NCBI GenBank assembly: GCA_964016885.1
Contig: OZ024748.1
Location: 52,328,001 to 52,392,000, forward strand
Length of the DNA: 64,000 bases
DNA from: Eledone cirrhosa
Taxonomy: Eukaryota
Reading direction: 5' to 3'
The position numbers were made by a program, and so were the translations under genes. Below are positions 26,410 to 43,145 of this stretch, piece by piece (within the stretch, counting starts at the first letter, position 1; the number at the start of each line of letters is the position of its first letter). The notes under the pieces were generated by a model. The model worked only from the letters and a program-made list of their open reading frames with translations. It did not search any database and was not told the DNA's origin.

Positions 26410-26528
<119 letters not shown>

Positions 26529-26553
26529 GATACACATATATATATATATATAG

Positions 26554-26604
<51 letters not shown>

Positions 26605-27039
26605 GGTAGATAGATGAGTGAGTGTGTGTTTAAATTCACACATATATATATACTTTTGAGAGGTGGGGGCGGGGGGGGGGGGGCTTGGGGATTAATAGAT
26701 ATTTATAGATACATAGATAGAGAGATAGCTAAAAATTATGTATAGATAAATAGACTGATATACAAAAATAAGTGGAAGTATATAGACACATTAAACAAAG
26801 ATATAGAGTAGCATAGAGCCATACACGGAGTTTAATATACTACAAAGAATCACAAGCTCTATGTCTAGGTTTATTATGTCGTATATTACACTGTAGACAC
26901 AGCTTATAGGATGTCACGGTGACTTCAAGGATGCACTGGAATGAGATTCCCGCTGCCATCCCCGTGAACATAAAATTTGAGATTTTTAATGGAAGACAAA
27001 AAGGCAGTTGTGATATAGGTTTTAGAAACTGTGTGCATG

Positions 27040-28145
<1,106 letters not shown>

Positions 28146-28633
28146 TAAAGTAGATGTGCATTTGAATTTATAAAGGGAAGATTAAAGTACTTGACATACT
28201 AGGTAGAGTATAAATAAAATTTATTTATACTTCAAGATTAAAACTTCAAAAATGTAAGAGTGGTGGTGGTGTGTATGTTTGGCGGATTGTTGAAGAGTAC
28301 TTGAATTTAATGTGAAACTCAAGTACTTCGGTAACCAATCTCCCTGTTGAAGTGAACAGGTGTAAAATTATGGTTGACCAATAAATGTCGAAGGTTGCAT
28401 GTGTGGGGTGCTATGGATGTTTTTTTTCTTCTTTAATTCTTTTTGTTGTTGTATTTCTGTTTAGTACGCGACTTGACTTTTGAATCAAATTGGCTTTTAA
28501 AATATTTCTTTATTGTATGTTTGTGTGTGTGTATATATATATATGTGTGTGCATAATATATATGTGTGTATATATGTGTATATCTTTCATTTTTATTTTT
28601 ATTTTTATTTTTTTTTTATTTTTTTTTTTTTTT

Positions 28634-28953
28634 GATGTCCAATTTTCCCTGCTTGCAAGGGTGGGACGGGAACTGATTCTGGCTTGATTTCTACAGCTGG
28701 ATGCCCTTCCTAACACCAACCTAATTTACAGTGAGTGCTGGGTGCTTTTTTGCCGTGGCACCTCCACGACCACTTTGCAGTGGAATGATAGGGATCACAG
28801 TCCCTATCATCTCATTTCTACAGCTGAGTAAACTGGAGCAATGTGAAATAAAGTGTCTTGCTCAAGGAAACAACACATCACCCGGTCTGAGAATTGAACT
28901 CACAACCTTTCGATTGCAAGGCCAATGCTCTAACCACTAAGCCATGTGCCTCC
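28634..28953 (-). mobile_element. SINE family A
   Basis: Full head, core and tail. Confidence 0.9.
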
Positions 28954-29222
28954 ATATATATATATATATTAAAATAACAGATTAAAGTTTAAGCAAAGAA
29001 TCGCTGCTTTCACCCTTAATGGGATCTTCTGAAACTCAAAAAAAATCAACAGTATCAGTAGAGGGTCTGACACCATGCTTTGCAGCAAAGAGTTACGGCC
29101 CTTTATGGTCTGAGTTCAAATCCCGCCGAGATTAACTTTGCCTTTCATCCTTACGGGGTCGATAAAATGAAGTACCAGTAATATACTTGGTAATTGCTGG
29201 CTTTGTGCCAAAAGTAGAAACA

Positions 29223-29275
<53 letters not shown>

Positions 29276-29544
29276 TCATCATCATTGTTCAACGTCCATC
29301 TTCCATGCTAGCATATATATAAAACAGAAAGCTCTTTCGAACACGAACCAGATGTGAGACAAACCACAATAGAAACACAAACCCTCCATCTCAATTTTAT
29401 TTTTGAAAATCATAAGAACTGTGTAACTGGTAAAGTAAAGTAAATAAATATTCTTAAAGGACTCCAGTTGCATTTTCAATATGCTTTCCTTATACTTTCA
29501 CCCATGTGGGGCATCTCTTTTTTTTTAAATACAACCTAATTTTC

Positions 29545-30070
29545 TGGCTAAGTGGTAAGACATTTGGATTTGCAATCGTGAGGTTATGAGTTTGATTCCT
29601 AGTGCTGGCTATGTGTTATGTCCTTGGGCAAGACACTTTATTTCACTTCACTCCTTCTACCTGGTGTTGCAACCAATAGATCATCATCATCATCATCATC
29701 ATCGTTTAACGTCCGTGTTCCATGCTTGCATGGGTTTGGACGGCAGTTTTCCCACTTGAGGCAAGAGTGGTTGTCTTGCTCGCATAGGACTGTCTGGCGG
29801 GTTTTCTACAGTTGGATGCCCTTCCTAACACCAACCACATTTACAGTGTGGGGCGGGAAGGTTTTTACCGTGTTGCCTACACGGCCACATTACAGCGTGG
29901 ACTGTCTGGCAGGTTTTCTACAGCTGGATGCCCTTCCTAACACCAACCACATTTACAGTGTGGGACTGGGACGTTTTTACCGTGTTGCCTACACGGTCAC
30001 ATTAGATAGTATTAGCAATTGGAAAGACCAATGGAAACATTTTTTCCTCGGTCTGATGTGACGAAAATTG
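29545..30070 (+). mobile_element. SINE family C with nested antisense RTE-tailed element (~29681-30003)
   Basis: Family C split at ACCAATAGA|TAGTATTAGC; the insert matches the 61641-62095 element. Confidence 0.75.
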
Positions 30071-30459
30071 ATCGACTGTTGATGTATATATAAAAATGTG
30101 ACGGCTATGACCATGTAAAATGGATGAACAAGAAAATAAGAGGAAGCAAGATATTATGTGTTACCTTATTTGTTTATGTCCAGAAATTTGAGATAGAATC
30201 TCTTCTTTGGAGGAATATAATAAGTGACCCGTCCGGATTTGGTAAACATGCTAACCAGTAATTTGAAGGTTAGGGGAAAGTCAATTAAATTGACTTCAGT
30301 GTGTAACTGGTACTTTACATTATTGACCTCATACAGATGAGAGACAAAGCTAACCCCTGTGGTATTTGAACTCAGAACAGAAAGAGATGTAACCTTATGC
30401 CACAAAACATGGCGTCTGACACTTTACTGATACTGCTAATTTTATTACTATAATCATCA

Positions 30460-31030
30460 TTATCATCATCATCATCACCGTCTTATGTCTGTTCTTCCAC
30501 GCTAGCATGGGTTAGACGGGTTGTCCTGTTGTGGGCAGTGTCCAGTCGGCTGACCATGTCTTGCTCATATGGGAACTGATTCTGGCTTGATATCTACAGC
30601 TGGATGCCCTTCCTAACACCAACGTCATTTACAGTGAGTGGTGGGTGCCTTTTTTTCGTGGCGCCTACACCTACACGTCCACTTTACACTGTGGGCTGGG
30701 TGCTTTTTTTGCCGTGGCACCTCCACGACCACTTTGCAGTGGGGGGGGGGGGGGGGCATATGCTTTGGCTTTGGCTTGTACTCGTGAGGGGGGCTCGGGT
30801 TTTCTGTATTACTGAAGGTCACGGTCATGTGTCATCACCTTTGAGAGGTGTAATTGGGTAAGGTCAGCTTTTATCACCTTATCTCAGGTCTTCTTGGGTC
30901 TCCCCACTCCGTGGTTTCCATCGACTTCTAGTGCTCTGCACCTTTTTATGCAGCTATCATCCTTCATACGCATCACATGTCTATACCAATGCAACAGCCT
31001 CTCCTGCACACAGCATTTGATTCCTCTTAT
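30460..31030 (-). mobile_element. Family A-related SINE tail plus RTE 3' fragment
   Basis: GGATGCCCTTCCTAACACC module; 30850-31030 minus encodes WYRHVMRMKDDSCIKRC..GRPKKT. Confidence 0.65.
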
Positions 31031-31963
31031 GCTCTAATATTAACTTAATATATGGTTCTTATGTGCAACGATATTGGGAGACTTTAATTTAAATAGAAAC
31101 ACTTTTAAATGGCTGATTTTGTTTCATAGAAGCAGAACCAGCTTTGGCTGTGTTGGTTTGAAAAGGGTTAATATAGATTTCTTTTGCCTAATATAAATAT
31201 ATATCAACACAAGAAATATATATCCAAAAACTATATTCTTTTCTTTTTTAATCTTCTTTGATTTACACTTTAGATCCCCCAACCCACCCCTCCAAGCCAC
31301 TCCAACCCAACACTTCTTTTTATCATTATTTTTTTCTGTGGTTCCTTCTGGTATTTTTCTTGTTTACTTTACTTTTTCCATATTTTCTCCTCCTTCTCCG
31401 CTTCCCCTATGTCTCCCACCCCCACCAACAGTTCTCTACATGGCCTACACCGACCCTCCACCACGCCCCTGCCCCTCAGTCTCTTTGTCAGAGAAGCAAA
31501 AAGTCAACACAACAAGTTCAACAGTCAATACTAAACTTATTGGCTCCTAACTTTTTCTATCGGATACTAAAGTAATAAAGCTCGACTTTATTTGATGATC
31601 TGACGAGTGTAAAGAACGTCTGTCAACTAGAAGGCAATGGATATTCCATGCTGTTGAATTATGGACTGCTGGCTGCTGCACACATGTTGAAAGCAAAGAG
31701 AGAAGAATTGACTTCCCTCAGGATTTCTGTCAGAGGTTTCCGATTATATTGATGCAAACTGTGTTGTTTCTTTAGGGAAAATTAACTGTCTTTTCTGTAT
31801 ATAACAGCCTAATCCACACTTAATATTATTATTATTACTACTACTACTACTGTTACTATACTATTACCACTACCACTTACTACTATGACGTCGACAACCA
31901 ACATGACTACCACCACCATTACTACCACTACTATGATTATGATAACTACTACTTCTGCTGATA

Positions 31964-32722
31964 ATAATTGTTTCTACTTTTGGCACAAGGCCAGCAATTA
32001 CCCAGTGTATTACTGGTACTTTATTTTATCGACCCCGTAAGAATGAAAGGCAAAGTTAACCTTGGCGGGATTTGAACTCTGCTGATAATAATGATAATAA
32101 TTTCTTTATTAGCCACACAGGGCTCACATTAAGGAAACATTAAGGACAGTACAGGAAAATACAGTGTTGGTTTTTTTTTCTTAATAAATGTTTCTACTTT
32201 AGGCACAAGGCCAGCAATTATCTCAGTGCATTACTGGTACTTTATTTTATCGACCTCGTAAGGATGAAAGGCAAAGTTAACCTCGGCAGGATTTGAACTC
32301 AGAATGGCAAGGGCCGTAACTCTATGCGTCAAAGCATGCCAATCCACCTCCTTTTTTTCTTAATAATAATAATAATTGTTTGTACTTTTGGCACAAGGCC
32401 AGCAATTACACCAGTGCATTACTGGTACTTTATGTTATCGACCCTGATATACCAACAACACCATTATCAATGTCATCATCATCATCACTATCATCATAAT
32501 TATTAACTTTGTCATGAACTTTAGCAATGATATTGCAGCTAACAATATTGTGTTAGAATCAAGGGTCGGACATGTTTTCCAGCAGAGTTACGTCCCTTTA
32601 TGATCTGAGTTCAAATCCCGCCGAGGTTAACTTTGTCTTTCATCCTTACGGGGTCGATAAAATAAAGTACCAGTAATACACTGGAGTTAATTGCTGGCCT
32701 TGTGCCTAAAGTAGAAACAATT
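31964..32722. mobile_element. Cluster of family B SINE copies in (ATT)/(CAT) tracts
   Basis: Copies at ~31964-32080 (-), 32186-32345 (-), 32372-32445 (-), 32545-32722 (+). Confidence 0.8.
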
Positions 32723-32726
32723 GTTA

Positions 32727-32758
<32 letters not shown>

Positions 32759-33129
32759 TTTATAATTCATCATCATCATCAATATAATCACCACCACTCC
32801 CATTACCGCCACCATCATCATCATCGTCAACAATACCATCATCACCACCATCATTATCATCATCAGCATCACCAACACCACCATCGTCAACAACATCATC
32901 TTCAACATCATCATCATCATCATCATCATCACCACCACCAACATTATCACCTACCCCATCATCATCAATAACACCATCATCATCATCATGACCTATAACA
33001 CCAATTTCATCATCATTACATTATCACAGCCACCATCATCATCATCATCGTCTTAGTGAACCATCTTTCCAATAATCCCAGTATCCATCCATCATCATCA
33101 TCACACTCCTCATCTTAGTCCTTATTGTT

Positions 33130-33899
33130 TTAACCCTTTAGCATTCACATTATTTTATTGGCAGTATCAGTAGAGGGTTGGACGCCATGCTTCGACACAT
33201 AGAGTTACGGCCCTTGTCATTCTGAGTTCAAATCCCGCCGAGGTTAACTTTGCCTTTCATCCTTACGGGGTCGATAAAAGTACCAGAAATACACTGGAAT
33301 AATTGCTGGCCTTGTGCCAAAAGTAGAAACAATTATTTTATATATATATATATGGAGGCACATGGCTTAGTGGTTAGATCATTGGCCTTGCAATCGAAAG
33401 GTTGTGAGTTCAATTCTCGGACCGGGTGATGTGTTGTTTCCTTGAGCAAGACACTTTATTTCACATTGCTCCAGTTTACTCAGCTGTAGAAATGAGATGA
33501 TAGGGACTGGGCTCCCTATCATTCCACTGCTAAGTGGTCATGGAGGTACCACGGCAAAAAAGCACCCAGCACTCACTGTAAATGAGGTTGGTGTTAGGAA
33601 GGGCATCCAGCTGTATCAGAATCAGTTCCCGTCCAGTTCAAGCCAGAATCAGTTCCCGTCCCACCCTTGCAAGCAGGGAAAAGTGGACATAAAATGAAAT
33701 GATGATGATGATGATGATACTATTATATTTTCATGGTAAAGGCTTTACCTCACATACTTATCTCACATAATATTTTGAAAGTATTCATTTTGAGAACAAT
33801 ACCTTAACATCAGTTTGAGCGACCAGTTACAGCCGGTTTCAACAGAAAGAGGTAGAGAAGTCTGGCCGGTTTTGGCCAGTTTGAACACTAAAGGGTTAA
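33130..33899. mobile_element. piggyBac-like MITE containing nested SINE B (~33158-33337) and SINE A (33354-33717)
   Basis: TTAACCCTTTAG...CTAAAGGGTTAA ends; interior matches the 14880 family in reverse. Confidence 0.8.
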
Positions 33900-33989
33900 T
33901 AAACTTTTCTACCACCCTCATAATCAATCTATCATCATCATTATCAATATCATAAATACAATCAACATCCTCATTTTAATTACCATTAT

Positions 33990-34202
33990 CATGGCAATTA
34001 CTGCCACCACCACCATCATCACCACTATCATCACTAGCATCACCATCACCACCACCACCACCAACACCATCACCACCACCATCAGCACCACCATCACCAT
34101 CACCACCATCATTACCGCCATTATCACCACCACCACCACCACCACCATCAGCACCACCTTCAAGATCACCGCCATCATTACCGCCATTATCACCACCACC
34201 AT

Positions 34203-34233
<31 letters not shown>

Positions 34234-35275
34234 AGCACCACCATCAGCACCACCATCACCATCAGCACCACCATCAGCACCACCATCACCATCACCACCA
34301 TCATTACCACCACCATCACCACCACCACCACCACCATCAGCACCACCATCAGCACCACCATCACCATCACCACCATCATTACCGCCATTATCACCACCAC
34401 CATCACCACCATCAGCACCACCATCAGCACCACCATCACCATCACCACCATCATTACCGCCATTATCACCACCACCATCACCACCATCAGCACCACCATC
34501 AGCACCACCATCACCATCACCACCATCATTACCGCCATTATCACCACCGCCATCACCACTACCACCACCACCACCACCACCACCACCATCAGCACCACCA
34601 TCACCATCAGCACCATCATTACCGCCATTATCACCACCACCATCACCACCATCAGCACCACCATCAGCACCACCATCACCATCACCACCATCATTACCGC
34701 CATTATCACCACCGCCATCACCACCACCACCACCACCATCAGCACCACCATCACCATCACCACCATCATTACCGTCATTATCACCACCGCCATCACCACT
34801 ACCACCACCACCACCACCACCACCACCATCAGCACCACCATCACCATCAGCACCATCATTACCGCCATTATCACCACCACCATCACCACCATCAGCACCA
34901 CCATCAGCACCACCATCACCATCACCACCATCATTACCGCCATTATCACCACCGCCATCACCACTACCACCACCACCACCACCACCACCACCATCAGCAC
35001 CACCATCACCATCAGCACCATCATTACCACCATTATCACCACCACCACCACCACTACCATCAGCACCACCATCACCATCACCACCATCATTACCGCCATT
35101 ATCACCACCACCATCACCACTACCACCACCACCACCACCACCACCACCACCACCACCATCAGCACCACCATCACCATCAGCACCATCATTACCACCATTA
35201 TCACCACCACCACCATCACCACCACCATCAGCACCACCATCACCACCATCACCACCATCATTATCATCATCATCA
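33990..35275. repeat. (ACC/ATC) trinucleotide satellite with 240-bp higher-order repeat
   Basis: 34501-34740 nearly identical to 34741-34980. Confidence 0.9.
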
Positions 35276-37051
35276 TCAGACCAGTTTCCTCATCATCTAT
35301 TTTGCTCATGCTTAGCACAGGGGGTGTGTGAGACAATGCCTGCTGCTCTGACACCAGCAAGATTATCAGAGAGAAGTTCTTGTATGCCGTCAGCTAGACA
35401 GTTATCCATCATGTCTGAGAAATGTAATATCGTTGATGCCTCTGACCATTTGACATCTTAGTAAACTTTGTTGCAATATGAGTAGCAATGATAGCAGGGG
35501 GTGGGGGTGGAGAGGTGGCGGCGGGGCGTTGGTGTATGTAATGGACATGCCTCCGCTCGTTGTTCAATAATACTACCACAGAACAGAAACGTATAGCTAA
35601 ATGACATAGTCACATGGTTGTTTATAACAGAATATGGAAAGTGTTGGAATTTCAAGGAGGAGGAGGTGGTAGTGGAGTAGGGTAGGAGAAAGGTGAGCGT
35701 GAGCAGGGGGGGGGGGGGTTTGGGGGCAGGAGGGTTTGGGGTGGGTGTAAGGAAATATCATGAATGATTCTATCATGAAAGTTAAATTAAATAATTGGAA
35801 TTAGGAAACAAAGTACTGAGAAATACTGAGAAATACTGAGAAATACTGAGAAATACAAATGACATAAACAAGATTTTATTTCGGTTTGGAAAACATGAAA
35901 ACATTGATCTGATAAGAAGCGATGAATGAAATTACATATCACATTTGTCTTCCTTTTTCTTTTGTTTCATTTTACTTCCTTTCTCTAATACACCCCCTCC
36001 CACACACACTTCCTTCTCCCCCCTCTCTCTCTTATAACAAGTCAGTAGAAAGCTACTTCATAGACATACAACATAGAACATCCTTCCACAACCAATTTTC
36101 TAGTATCATTAAAATGAAAATTACATGTCAGACTAAAGTCTTAGGGATAACATGCCAGTATTAAAAAACAAAATAAGGAAGGTCCTTATATAAGATTATC
36201 ACATGTTGTTCCCCAATATTATGGATTAAATTATCCAGAAAATCAAGATGTTTGCGTGAATTTTTATTATATTTTTACAGCTAGACTTTTGTTCTTGCCT
36301 CAAACCATTCATTAGCCATTGTGAATCTATATATTTTTTTAATGTGTTTAAAGTATTTGTATTGATACCTTAAACATTATGAACTTCACAGAGAAATAAT
36401 ATGACTGTTGATCATTGTAATTATGTTTCTTCTGTAGCAGCATTTGTGTGTAGAATATATTGTATTGTGAGTATGATTTTAATACACACTTATATACAAC
36501 ATAGCAGTGGAGTATATAGAATATATTGTGTGTTAATACACACTTATACACAACTCCTGTCTTCCTTTCTTTCTCACCTTTTCAGCACTATTTGCAAACA
36601 TATTATATTGTCATTTAAACATGACAATTCATGTACCTAACTATAATGTTTTACACTCTCCATGTCAATACCAACAGTAGAGATTCTGTATAACTTAACA
36701 CTGCTATATAGCTGGAAACCAGAGATAAGCATATTATCTCTATTTTGACCAATTGGCCAACCACTGCATCAAGGCCTTTCATTCATACACACACAGATTC
36801 ATAGTTTCAGGATTGAAACAATATAAGATTGTTATGCTCCACTAGCATCAGCATCAGTCTTACCAACATATCCAAATAAGTGTCATAAATGTTGACCTGC
36901 TTGTTTGCTTGATTGATTAATTGACCAAATATCTCAGAAAATAAAAGAGCTAAGAAGCTCAAACTTTGTGTCAATAATAACTAAAACTAATGTTTCAAAT
37001 AGTTTGTCTTTATATTAAAACATTTTACTTTATTAGTGAGTTATATAGATA

Positions 37052-37280
37052 TTAACCCATCAGTATTTAAACCAGCCATATCTGGCCAGAATTCCCTCAC
37101 CTCTTTCTGTTCAAACTGACTGTATCCAGCCACTCTTACTGATGTTAAGGTATTGTTCTCAAAATAAATAACATCAAAATCTTGTAGATTTGATATTATG
37201 TGAGATAATTATGCTAGATAAAGCCTTTACAACAAAAATACAATAGTATATATAGAGTAATGTAAATGCTAAAGAGTTAA
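37052..37280. mobile_element. piggyBac-like MITE
   Basis: TTAA flanks; same interior as 14880-15101. Confidence 0.75.
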
Positions 37281-37929
37281 ATATGCAGCCCAACTTCATC
37301 CAACATGCTCTATGCTGGCCAAATTGTTGGTTATATAAAAACAATATATCTGTCCACAAAAATTATAATGTAATAGAAATATTTTTTTCCTGATATTGTT
37401 ACTAATATGATAGCTGTACAGATAAAAGGAATGAAAAAGAGTCAATCACCAGCCTGAACCAAGGGAACAAGGGGTCCATTGGTTTTTCCATTGCCAATAC
37501 TATCAGCTGGTTAAGATTACTAGAAGGAGTAGCATGAAATAAAGAACACGACATGCACCCTGGTCCTGTAATTGAACCAACAACCTTATGATCATGAGTC
37601 TAATACTCTAACCACTAGGACCAAAAAGGGTTCTGTGTTTGAAAAGGTTTGGGAAACTCTGCCCCTAATCTGTCATGGCTTACTATCTCTATATGGATGT
37701 TTACATCGGTTAAATAAATAAAATGGTAAACCTTTGCTGATATCAATCTTCAATATATCAATCAGTTCTTTACATAAGAGGTGATTTATCTCTCATCCAC
37801 TAATTATTATGACATAAAGATGTAACAACTCACTCTAGGGTTCAGGAAAAATCAAACTAGCATCTATTTACTACGTAGTCTTTCTTTTTTATTAACTCTC
37901 TCGATAGATTTCACCCCAGGCATTTCACA

Positions 37930-38345
37930 CACGTTGTAAGATGGCGGTGTTGATGATACAACTAAAAGCACCCAGTCCAACTTGTAAACTGGTTGTGCTG
38001 GTGACACAACAATAAGCACCCTGTCCATCCTGTAAAATAGTTGTGCTGGTAACACAACAAAAAGCACACATAACACCCTGTAAAATAATTGTGTTGGTGT
38101 CACAACAAAAACCACCCAGTTCAAGCTGTCAGATAGTCGTTTTGGTTCCATGATAAAAAGCATGCAGTCCACACTGTAAATGTGGTTGCATTAGGAAGGG
38201 TATCCAGCTGTAGTAACCAAACCAGAAACAGTTCTGTATGAGCAAGACATGACATCTGATCTGACTTGTCTCACAACGGGACAACTTGTCTAACCCATGC
38301 TAGTGTGGAGAAAGGGATGTTAAATGGTGATGATGATGATGATGT
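37930..38345 (+). mobile_element. Older RTE-tailed SINE with ~58-bp internal tandem units
   Basis: Repeated AAAAGCACCC..CTGTAAA..TTGTGCTGGT units, then TAGGAAGGGTATCCAGCTGTAG and (GAT)n tail. Confidence 0.65.
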
Positions 38346-38989
38346 CTCGTTTTTATCATTTTTTTAATATATTGTCATCCTTTTATATCCATACTCCTGC
38401 ATAATGTTTACAGAAATCATTTTGATTTTATGTTAAAAATACAACATACACACAGACGTACATACATACATTTATACATAGACATACACATTGATACATA
38501 CAGATGTATATATATACATACATACATACAGTTATACATTCACAGACACACATTGATAAATGCAGATGTATATGCATACATACATTTGTACATACACACA
38601 TTCAAACATGCAGATGTACATACTTACACACACACAAAGATGAATGCATGCATTCATATATATACACACAAGTATTCACACATCCACATACATACATGCA
38701 TTTATACATACATATACACACACGCACACACAAACATCAATGCTTGCATTCATACACATACATACATATACATACATATATATATATATATGCATACATA
38801 AGTTTAATTAAATATATAATTTTTTTGATTTTTCACCTTATTCACCATTAATTAATTAAATATATCTCTCCAATAAGTTGCTTTCATTGCGATTATTGTA
38901 CTTATATAACCAGCCTCTCACCAACCCATCATCAGTTGTTGGGGCCTTTCATTTTTTCTGTGTCTCTTACTACCTCCGGCAACCCCCAT

Positions 38990-40866
38990 CCCAGCTCTCT
39001 CTCTCTCTCCCTCCCCAGCTCTCTCTCTCCCTCCCCAGCTCTCCACTCTCTCTCCCCTCCCCATCTCTCTCTCTCCCTCCCCAGCTCTCCACTCTCTCTC
39101 CCCTCCCCATCTCTCTCTCTCTCTCCTCAGCTCTCCACTATCTCTCCCCTCCCCAGCTCTCCCACTCTCTCTCTCTCTCCCCCATCCCCAGCTCTCACAC
39201 TCTCTCTCTCTCTCTCTCCCGCCTTCCCCAGCTCTCCCACTCTCTCCCCTCCCCAGCTTTCCCACTCCTTCCCAAGCTCTCCCATTCTCTCTCTCTCTTT
39301 CTCTCTCTCCCCAGCTCTCCCACCCTCTCCCTCCCTCCTCCACAGCTCTCCCACCCTCGCTCTCCCACTCTCTCCCCAGCCCTCTCTCTCCCTCTTTTAA
39401 TTCCTCCTTTTCATTCAAACTTATAATTCATCAGTTTTTCACAGGCCAGGCCAGCCTCTCTCTCTTCTTTATATCATTATAACTATATTAATGTTGTTAT
39501 TATTAATGTTATTATTATTATTGTCGCCATTACTATCATCATCATTGTTTTAACGTGTTGTTTTTCATGTTGGAATGGGATCAGTGCTATTATCACTGTT
39601 ATTATCATCACTATTATACATAAACACACATACACACACATATATATATATACACATATACACACAAATACACACACATACATACATATACATATACACA
39701 CAAATATATATACATTTATATATATATATACATATATATACACACATATATACATACATACACACACACACATATATATATATATACACATATACACACA
39801 AATACACACACATACATACATATACATATACACACAAATATATATACATTTATATATATATACATATATATATATATACATATATATATACACACATATA
39901 TATACATACACACACACATATATATATACACATATACACACAAATACACACAAATACACACACATACATATACACACAAATATGAATACATATATATATA
40001 TATATATACATATATATATACACACACACACATATATACATGCATACACATATATATACACATATACATACAAATACACACACATTCATACATATACACA
40101 CAAATATATAATACATTTATATATATATATACATATATATATACATACACATATATACATACACACACATATATATACACATACACACACAAATACACAC
40201 ACATACACACACACATACATATACACACAAATATACATACATTTATATATATATATATGTACATATATATATACACACACATATATACATACACACACAT
40301 ATATATATACACGCATACACACAAATACACACACATACATACATATACACACAAATATACATACATTTATATATATATATATACATATATATATATACAC
40401 ACACATTTATACATACACACACATACATACATATACCCACAAATATACATACATTTATATATATATACATATGTATATATACACACACATATATACATAC
40501 ATACACACATATATACACATATACACACAAATACACACACATACATATACACACAAATATACATACATTTATATATATACATATATATATATACACACAC
40601 ATATATACATACATACACACACATATACATACACATATAGACACAAATATACACAAATATACACACATACATACATATACACACAAATATGCATACATTT
40701 ATATATATACATATATATATATACACACACACACATATATACATACATACACACACACATACGCAAATATACATACATAAATACACACACAAATATACTT
40801 ACTTGTACACACACACATACGCACATATATATATATATATACCCACACACGCAAATATACATACGT

Positions 40867-40916
<50 letters not shown>

Positions 40917-41445
40917 GCACACATCGCTTTTATAACAAAATAAGAGAAAAATTTTCTTTCATAGTTCAACTTTTCTTGTATGCATTGTGTCTTTGATTTC
41001 ATTCAGTTTTCAATAAAAGATTCTTCCCCACCATCACCCCTTCACCACCACCACCACCACCACCACAGCCAGCAACACCACCGCTGCAGCCATCACCATC
41101 ACTACCACCAGCATTTAAAGCATCACTGCTACCACAATCACCACCACCACCACCCCTGCCATCACCACTGCCACCACAATCACCGCCACTACTGCCACCA
41201 CCACCACCACCTCTACCATCACTGCCACCACCACTGCCACCAGCACCAGCACCATCACCGTCACCACCACTGCCACCACCACCTCTACCATCACTGCAAC
41301 TAACACTGCCACCAGCACCAGCACCATCACTGCCATCACCACTGCCACCACTGCCTCTACCATCTTTGCAGCAACCACCTCTACTGCTACCACTACCACC
41401 ACCACTGTCACAACCAACACCACCACTGCCACCACCACTACTTTC
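38990..41445. repeat. CT-rich minisatellite, (CA/TA) compound microsatellite and (CAC) tract
   Basis: CCCCAGCTCTC units 38990-39395; CA/TA 39615-40920; CAC 41030-41445. Confidence 0.9.
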
Positions 41446-42112
41446 AATAGTATAGGAAGAACAAACCAAATTAGAAATTAAGACAAAAAAATAATTAAAA
41501 ATTAAAAAAAGCATAATTAAAGAAAAAAAAACAGATTATTTAAATGTAGGAAGGAAAAAGAAAAGAAAATGTTGGGGAAAAAAATAATTAAAAGTGGCAA
41601 TTAATGATTGTCTAATTGTATCCAGTTTAAAATCATTTTCTAATGAGGTCAAGCCAATCATTGAGGGCTCACTGGGAAAATGTTCAATTGCTTAGATACA
41701 TCTTCACAAAAAACAATACAAAAATGAACAAAAGCAATAATTATAATCATGATAATAATAAAAATAATAATAATAATAAAAACATAATAATAATAATGAT
41801 AATAATAATAATAATGCTAATGATGATAATGATAATTATTGTTATTATTTCTTTTTTGAAATAATTGTTTCTACTTTTGGCACAAAGACAGCAATTTGAA
41901 ATGAATAGGGAAGTTGATTAAAAATCAACCCCAGTTCATTACTGGTAACAATAATGATTTCGTACTATTTTTAAAAATAATAATAATTGTTTCTACTATA
42001 GGCAAAAGGCCAGCAATTTTGGGAGAAGGTAAATTTGATTCAATCTACCCCAGTTCGTTACTGGTATATAATAATGACGAATATCTTACAATATTTTATA
42101 AGTAATAATAAT

Positions 42113-42268
42113 AATAATTGTTTCTATTTTTTGGCACAAGGCCAGCAATTACCCAGTACATTACTGGTACCTTATTTTATCGACCCCGTAAGGATGAAAA
42201 GCAAAGTTAACCTCGGTGGGATTTGAACTCAGATCATAAAGGGACGTAACTCTATGCTTCAAAGCATA
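42113..42268 (-). mobile_element. SINE family B
   Basis: Matches the 169-330 copy. Confidence 0.85.
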
Positions 42269-42269
42269 A

Positions 42270-42720
42270 GGGCCGACATGTAGGGGACAATACAAAGACA
42301 GGGACAGTGGGGGGTGTACAATAAGGTCGAGTAAAAGTGCACAATGGCAAGACTAATTTAACAATGAAGATATAAAAATATAAAATAAACTATGCATAAA
42401 TATAACAAAATAAATTCCCCTATAGGGGGTGGACGACCCTGGGGTGACTCAGGTACCCCACCAATCCTGAGCCACCCTGCGCTTCTAGGGCATCCAGGGA
42501 GAGCACCCCTCTCCTCAAGTTAGCTAGCCTGTAGGCGCATGGTCATAATAATAATAATAATAGTAATAATAATAATAATAGTAATAATAAGAAGAATGGT
42601 TTCTTTATTAAGCACACAGGGCTTACATTAAGAAGACAATAAAGATGGTACAGGACGGTAGAGTGTCGGGGTTTTTGTGTGGGAGAAAGGTTTATAGAGA
42701 AGACTAAACAAAATAAACAT
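42270..42720 (-). mobile_element. Two retroelement 3' ends inserted in (TAA)n (possibly CRE-type)
   Basis: Minus-strand terminus GCCCTGTGTGCTTAATAAAGAAA at ~42600-42622; related terminus at ~32101. Confidence 0.45.
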
Positions 42721-43145
42721 TTTAAAAAACAAAACAACATAACAAAAGTCAAAATATAAATAATAATAATAACAATAACAACAATAATAATTATAATGAT
42801 GATAATAAATAAATAACAACAAGAAAAAAATGAAATATCAATAACAACGACAACAACAACAAAAACCAGTTCTTCATTTATAATAATTATGAATAATTAT
42901 CGTGTTGATAATAGTGCAATGAAATGAAATTAAACGAAATTAAATGAAAAGTAAATGAGAGGAAAAAGAAAATAAATAAAAAAATATATTAATAATAAAA
43001 AAGAAGATATAAATAAATAAATAAATATAAGAGAATTAAACAAAGAATTAAACAAAGAATTAAACAAAGAATTAAAAACAAATATTTATGAAGAATTTCT
43101 GTAAGGCTTAAAGAGTCTTTAAAAACATCTTAGAACAAACTGTTA

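Noticed and set aside
33022-33032. TATCACAGCCA resembling the miR-2 5' end
   Set aside because: Only 11 nt within a CAT-rich tract, with no precursor hairpin.
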